A DNA stretch of 62,221 bases, filler included, from Pirum gemmata (taxonomy: Eukaryota): the NCBI GenBank assembly GCA_002812295.1. It is 20 parts of 20 records of this genome, joined end to end, with 100 filler letters (N's around TTAATTAATTAA, not from the genome) between each part and the next. Parts side by side here need not be neighbours in the genome. Positions count along the whole stretch, not along the records: positions 55,516 to 58,215 come from PDIN01004830.1; positions 58,316 to 62,221 come from PDIN01004831.1; 18 more parts are not named here. One strand, given 5' to 3'. The notes under the pieces are model-generated. The model did no database searches. It saw only the letters and a program-made list of their open reading frames with translations, and had not been told where the DNA came from. The translations under genes and the position numbers were made by a program. Within the stretch, counting starts at the first letter, position 1, and every line of letters begins with the position of its first letter. Shown piece after piece: positions 56,337 through 62,221 of this stretch.

Positions 56337-57697
56337 GTCGTGTTGTCGTCGGTGTATGTGTGGTGAGCCATGGCTGTCCGTATGGCGTCTTTGCCTATTA
56401 CCGGTGAGTAATGTTTGGTGCCGTCGTTGTGTTGGTACAATATCTCCGGCAAGATACAGTTGATGAATATATCTTTTCTTCTCCGGAGCTTTGAACTTTT
56501 TCGTTGCACTCGGTTTTTAGAATTTCCACGGCTGCGATTGAGTGTATTAAAAAAGCTGATCCCATTGTTTCTGGAGCTGTATTATACAATTTTATAAATG
56601 AAATTGATGAATTTCTATTAGGCCGTATTTTAATTAAAAGGATTTTTTTTTTTTTGCTGCTGCATTATAAACATATTATTGCTATTTTGATACTTATTAT
56701 ATATATATTAAAATCTAGTTCTGCTTTGTTATTTTGTATATTTATAATACTATAATGTTGGCGAGTTATATGGTCATTTTTATTATGTTTTAATGTTATG
56801 ATATTGAAATAATAATTATTGTGTTGTGTTGGGATTTCTATTTACCAAATTCAAGTTTCATTTGATTGTATATATTGTTGTTGTTATTGTACTTAATATC
56901 CCCATTGTTGTCTAATGCATAATTCCAACAAGTCCGGATAACCTTAATCCTTATATATAATATTTGAAAAGTATAAATTATTTCGTTAGTTAAGTTTTTA
57001 TTTTCTAGCTAAAAATATATAATGAAAACCAGCAAAAGCAGAGACGAAAGTGATAAAAATGCACTTTTAACTTGAAAAAAAGAAAGAAGCTAACAAAAGT
57101 GTATATGTATATGTTTTGAAAAATGTTACATAATATTCTTTTTAAATTTCATAGTGTTGGAAATATTAATAGATAAATTGACACATATATTACCCTTTCG
57201 AAAAGTCTAAATTAAAGGTTTCAAAGTTGATAGTTGGATCGGTAGGATTACCATACCATACTTTAAAGGCCGAAGTTTCTTTCCCTGTTACTTCAGAGAC
57301 AGAAATCTTTTTGATAAAAGTAATGATATTATATTTTAAATGTTAATTAAATTATTTTAATTTGATTTTTTATAAGTAAAGCAAATAATAACAATATAGG
57401 AATAAGAAATCAATAAATGGTTAATTTTAGATTCTCAATCCTGCCTTTGCCAAAAAAACTTATACGAAAAAAACAAGTCGATCGATTTTTATACAATACC
57501 CTTCAAAACCAATACAAACATAAACTCATGAAAACCGTAAAAATAGTGATCAATACAATATAATGATAACAATGATAACTACGAATTTATATATTGTTTT
57601 TTAAAAAAAAATAGCACAGCTGAATAATACCTCTAAACAAATACCCCCTGTCACTTGGATGTTGCTAGCTATTAGTCGCCCCTGACAAGAGCCTTTA

Positions 57698-57728
<31 letters not shown>

Positions 57729-57740
57729 CATAATCATGTC

Positions 57741-57779
<39 letters not shown>

Positions 57780-57878
57780 GAGAAAAGAAAATTAGATACC
57801 TAACGGAAGTTGTTTAATTCTCAGGTTTGGTTTCTTTTTGGCTACTTTTTTTTCTTCTGTTTTTTGGAACTCCTCTTC
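55949..57878 (-). CDS. Multi-exon gene of unknown function with Cys-rich downstream exons (partial)
   Basis: Candidate exons 57800-57878, 57631-57692, 57194-57306, 56846-56949, 56402-56576, 56104-56157, 55949-55981. The last two read RKCTTNCNSNSYFSEEKDRCVTCTVCSE. The phase across the fifth exon is unresolved. Confidence 0.55.
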
Positions 57879-58315
57879 CTATAAAAATATATTCATAGAT
57901 ATTAATTCTCATCACACTAAAACTTTGCAAAGGAAATAAACGCATTTTTTTATCAATTGCAAAAGTGATGCTGATGCTGATGCTGATGCTGATGCTGATG
58001 CTGATGCTGATGTTGATGTTGACTGCTAATGTTAAGTTAATGCTAATGCTAATGCTAATCCTAATCCTAATCCTAGTCCTAATCCTAGTCCTAATCCTAG
58101 TCCTAATCCTAATCCTAATTCTAATCCTAATCCTAATTCTAATCCTAATCCTAATCCTAATTCTAATTCTAATCCTAATTCTAATCCTAATCCTAATCCT
58201 AATCCTAATCCTAATNNNNNNNNNNNNNNNNNNNNNNNNNNNNNNNNNNNNNNNNNNNNTTAATTAATTAANNNNNNNNNNNNNNNNNNNNNNNNNNNNN
58301 NNNNNNNNNNNNNNN

Positions 58316-59022
58316 CACAACAGCCACAACCACAACAGCCACAACCACAACAGCCACAACCACAACAGCCACAACCACAACAACAACAACAACGATCACA
58401 ACAAATTTTAGAACTATCACAACTAACAGATCCCAGTGAAACAGAAGAAGAACATCAAGAACCAAATACGCCACAACAAACACGCCCACAATCACAATTA
58501 CATTCTCAATCCCACACTATACCCTTAGATATACCGGAAGAGCAACCACGTCGCAAGTCACTATCACAATTACAAAAAACACAACAATATCAACAAACAA
58601 AAAAGAAACTACAAAAAGAACAAAAACAACATCAACAACAACTAATGAAAGAACACAAACAATTACAACAACAACAATATCAATTAGAACAACAACAATA
58701 TCAATTAGAACAACAACACCATGATAATATGAATGACGATAGTGAAATTGAAGACATAGTCCAACCAACCAGCAGGTTGTCTTTTAATAATTTCAACAAA
58801 TTAAAAACGCATAAACTTGCTTTTAGAAATCGAAATAATACTTTAAATAGTTCTAGCAAAGGTCTCCTGTACGAAATTAGTAGTAGTAGCCAAACGGGTT
58901 ATTCAAATAATACCAATAACCAAAAAATATGGGACGGGGATAGTTTTAATACTGTTAATAACTATAAAGATTTTGAATTGGCGGAAATGTCAAAAAGCGA
59001 TCCATCGTTTGTGTTTATATAA
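58316..59022 (+). CDS. Q/P-rich low-complexity protein exon, 5'-partial
   Basis: Frame of ORF 58645 appears open back to the contig start (PQQPQ...RSQQILELSQLTDPSETEEEHQEP...). Confidence 0.55.
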
Positions 59023-59324
59023 GTTAAATAATAATAATAGCATGAATATAATATATACTAAATGTTAATTGAAAAACAATATTAAAATTAGCTTGTTCGC
59101 GTCTGCTATCTTGATCACTTACTTGTGATTGCTTATTGGTGATGTTGGACGTAGTCAGCCCAGCGTTAACCCCTAGCTTAGTGATTTGGGGACGGAATCT
59201 CCCTCTTTTAAGACTTTAGCGAATGTGATTGTGAGTTTTTAATTGTAGTCTATATATCTATATATACTTACTTATATATGATAATAATATTATAACCATC
59301 ATTTCGGATATTATATGATATATT

Positions 59325-59610
59325 GACACTTTATGAGACAAAAGTGTAAAATTGTGCGAATACTGGCACAAGCTGCAGGTAACTCGCGGAGGCTTTTAAA
59401 AGCCAATACAAGTCTAAACACCTTGGACTTGAGGGGAAAGTGTAAAATTGTTCGACTCCCAAGTTCAAGGTGGTTAGACTTCTATTGGCTTTTTTAATAA
59501 AGCCTCAGCGAGCCTTACCTGCCCCCTCAGCCCCAAGATTGTTTTCCCTCAAGCCCAACAATCTTGGTAGTTTATTCGCACAATTTTACACTTTTGTCGC
59601 ATAAAGTGTC
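59325..59610. mobile_element. TIR-bounded fold-back element carrying inverted LRR-coding fragments
   Basis: 38-bp TIR gacactttatg(a/c)gacaaaagtgtaaaattgtgcgaata; inner arms 59375-59437 and 59457-59550 encode degenerate NLRC3/RI-like LRR units on opposite strands. Confidence 0.8.
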
Positions 59611-60033
59611 TATATGTATAATATTCGGATACAAACGTTTAATTAATGCAAAATAATTATAGTGAGTATGTATTAATCATGGGTTTAATTAAAACATAAT
59701 AACCCTCGTAATTTTGAATTTATGAGAAATATCGTCGTTATTATAACTTCTTCTTTTTGCACCTAACTGTGTAACGGGATAATAATGATGATTCTTGGAA
59801 CGAGAACGAGAACGACGGTGACAACGGTGACGACGTGGGACATCAAAGAACTATAGCATCAGTTAATATTGTTATTATAATAAACTTGTAGAGTAATTAT
59901 ATATCTGGATATGGTGGTGCATTTCGCTTGGTATATTTTTTTAGGTTTGAACGAGGACAAGTCATAATTTATTATAACTATAATTGCATTTTTAACCAAT
60001 AACTGGCTGTGGATATATTTGTAATTACTATTA

Positions 60034-60224
60034 TCGTGCTTTTCAGTTGTTTTGGCATCATAAAAAATACAAAAAAGAGTATAAAATTAATCCAACATAA
60101 ACCCATTTCATTTAAGTTGGTATATTTTATTATCTGTTTATTCATTTTATAAAAAAAGTTAATTTAAATATTATAACACCAACCAAATAAATATTTGGAT
60201 TGACAAAATAAATGAAAAGCACAA
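60034..60224. mobile_element. TA-flanked MITE family C (TCGTGCTTTTCA...TGAAAAGCACGA), high copy, Tc1/mariner-like
   Basis: ~190-bp unit; further full or partial copies at ~13780, 28426, 38819, 39402, 39758, 40918-41109, 46429, 46879, 48444, 60965-61248, 61908, 62117. Confidence 0.88.
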
Positions 60225-60336
60225 TAATTTTACCAAATTAATACATTATAAACCCATTTCATTTAATTATAATTTGGTTATATGATGAATCCAAAGAGTA
60301 ATTGGTTATAATTAATGTTAGCTAAAAAACCGTAAA

Positions 60337-60635
60337 ACCCTAACCCTAACCCTAACCCTAACCCTAACCCTAACCCTAACCCTAACCCTAACCCTAACCC
60401 TAACCCTAACCCTAACCCTAANNNNNNNNNNNNNNNNNNNNNNNNNNNNNNNNNNNNNNNNNNNNNNNNNNNNNNNNNNNNNNNNNNNNNNNNNNNNNNN
60501 NNNNNNNNNNNNNNNNNNNNNNNNNNNACCCTAACCCTAACCCTAACCCTAACCCTAACCCTAACCCTAACCCTAACCCTAATCCTAACCCTAACCCTAA
60601 CCCTAACCCTAACCCTAACCCTAACCCTAACCCTA
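60337..60635 (-). repeat. Long (CCCTAA)n tract spanning a scaffold gap
   Basis: Near-perfect hexamer array with non-telomeric sequence on both sides. Confidence 0.9.
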
Positions 60636-60681
60636 ATTTAATAGCTAGCTAGCTATCGTAGCTACTAGCTAGAGGAGAGCC

Positions 60682-60913
60682 CACTGGAATAGAGCAAGTG
60701 TAATTGTAAGTTTGATAGTATGTAATTTCGAACATAACATTTTAATAGTAAGCATTTTTGAGTCTATATATTCGATCATACTTGGGATAGAGCAAGTTTA
60801 ATTAAAACTGTAAGTTTAATAGTTAAACATATATTATCGAACATAATATTTCAGTAGTAAGCTCAATAATAATCGCATTTTTTCGAGCCTATATATAATA
60901 TATTCCATCATAC
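60682..60913 (-). repeat. About two units of the ~118-bp satellite, reverse orientation
   Basis: Reverse complement matches units in 891-2425. Confidence 0.9.
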
Positions 60914-62221
60914 CTAACCCTAATCCTACAGCTACTACTAGCTAGCTAGTCTAGCTAGCTAGTATCGTGCTTTTGTCACTCTGAATATTTATTTGGAGGG
61001 TTATAATATTTAAATTGATATTTTTAAATCAATATATAGATAATAAAATATACCAAATTAAATTAAATGGATTTATATTATATNCGTCACTCCGAATATT
61101 TATTTGGTTGTTTATAATATTAAAATTGATACTTTTAAATAAATAAATATATAATAACAAATACCAAATTAAATGAAATGGATTTATATTGTATTAATTT
61201 GGTACTATTTATTGTATATTCTATGATGATAAAACAACTGAAAAGCACTCTAGCTAGATTCTATAGATCGCTGTAGAGACTCGAGAGTTTTGAAACTCTA
61301 AATCTGACTAAAAAATTTGTAATCGAAATATCTGGTAATACTCTGGTAATTGATTTATTGCTCACTCATTAATTACTGCTGCTATAAATACTGGTATGGT
61401 ATTTTTAATGTATTAATATGATAGTAATTATTAATATTGGCAATACTATAACAATATAATGCACATAACATTATGTAGAATCATGTATATTAATTAATAT
61501 ACTGCAGCTGTATTATTTGATTTATATTTTGTCCATAATATAATATTATCTATGGCAATATTATTATAAATGATAATTCACATTCAACAATATCTTCTGC
61601 TAAAGTCATCAGATTTCTAATATAAATGTGGTGTTAGGTGTACGGTCATCCAAACATTTTGTTTATGATACATAGTCTACACAACAAAGTTGTTTGTAAA
61701 CAAGTAAATATCACGATAAACACAAACTGGAGATTTGTACGGGGGGATATTTTTTCGTTATTCTTTTTTTGCTTTTGAATCTAGACGGGGGCTCAGGAAG
61801 GGCTACTCGGGGGGTGGTGAAGTAGTAGAGTTAGCATCGCACCACCGCATCGAAGGCAGAGTTCGAAAGGCATCAGATTTTTCATGAGATCTAGTAGTCT
61901 ACCTGGGGGATTTGTTTGGTAGGTTATAACCTTTAAATTGATATTTTTAAAAATGAATAAATTGATAATAAAATGTAGCAAATTAAATTAAATGGATTTA
62001 TATTGTATTAATTTGGTACGCTTTATTGTATACTTTATGATGACAAAATAACCGAAAAGCACCGAAAAAGTACCGAAAAGCACTATTAGACTATGTTAAA
62101 CTACTAGGCCAGTCTATCGTGCTTTTCATTTTAATTTTGTTTGGTTGTTTATAATTTTTAAATTGATACTTTTAAATAAATAAATATTTAATAAAATATA
62201 CCAAATTAAATTAAATGGATT

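Noticed and set aside
60337..60635. True chromosome end
   Set aside because: Non-telomeric sequence lies on both sides within the scaffold and similar tracts are abundant internally; the gap prevents full exclusion.

Overview
AT-rich, intron-rich eukaryotic DNA. It is not one locus but about 20 probably unlinked short contigs (mostly ~2.7 kb) joined by artificial 100-bp spacers (44N-TTAATTAATTAA-44N). TTAGGG tracts, microsatellite-filled GT-AG introns, DUF3684-, DUF3712- and NLRC3-type LRR-like sequences suggest a unicellular opisthokont, possibly an ichthyosporean (inference only). Manually spliced gene fragments: mitochondrial intermediate peptidase, DUF3684-like protein, DUF3712-like protein, ankyrin-repeat protein, PARP C-terminal exon, two secreted proteins, and an intron-containing tRNA-Tyr. 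Mobile DNA: a decayed ISL2EU/Harbinger-type transposon split by an inversion and at least five MITE families. Most notable: (1) patches built from TA-(1-6 nt)-TA words that look like stacked DNA-transposon excision footprints; (2) introns carrying diverged 'ghost' copies of adjacent exon ends with synonymous/conservative differences; (3) a TIR-bounded fold-back element carrying inverted LRR-coding units. Most ORFs in the supplied track are microsatellite artefacts. All family assignments are from motif recognition by eye, not database searches.
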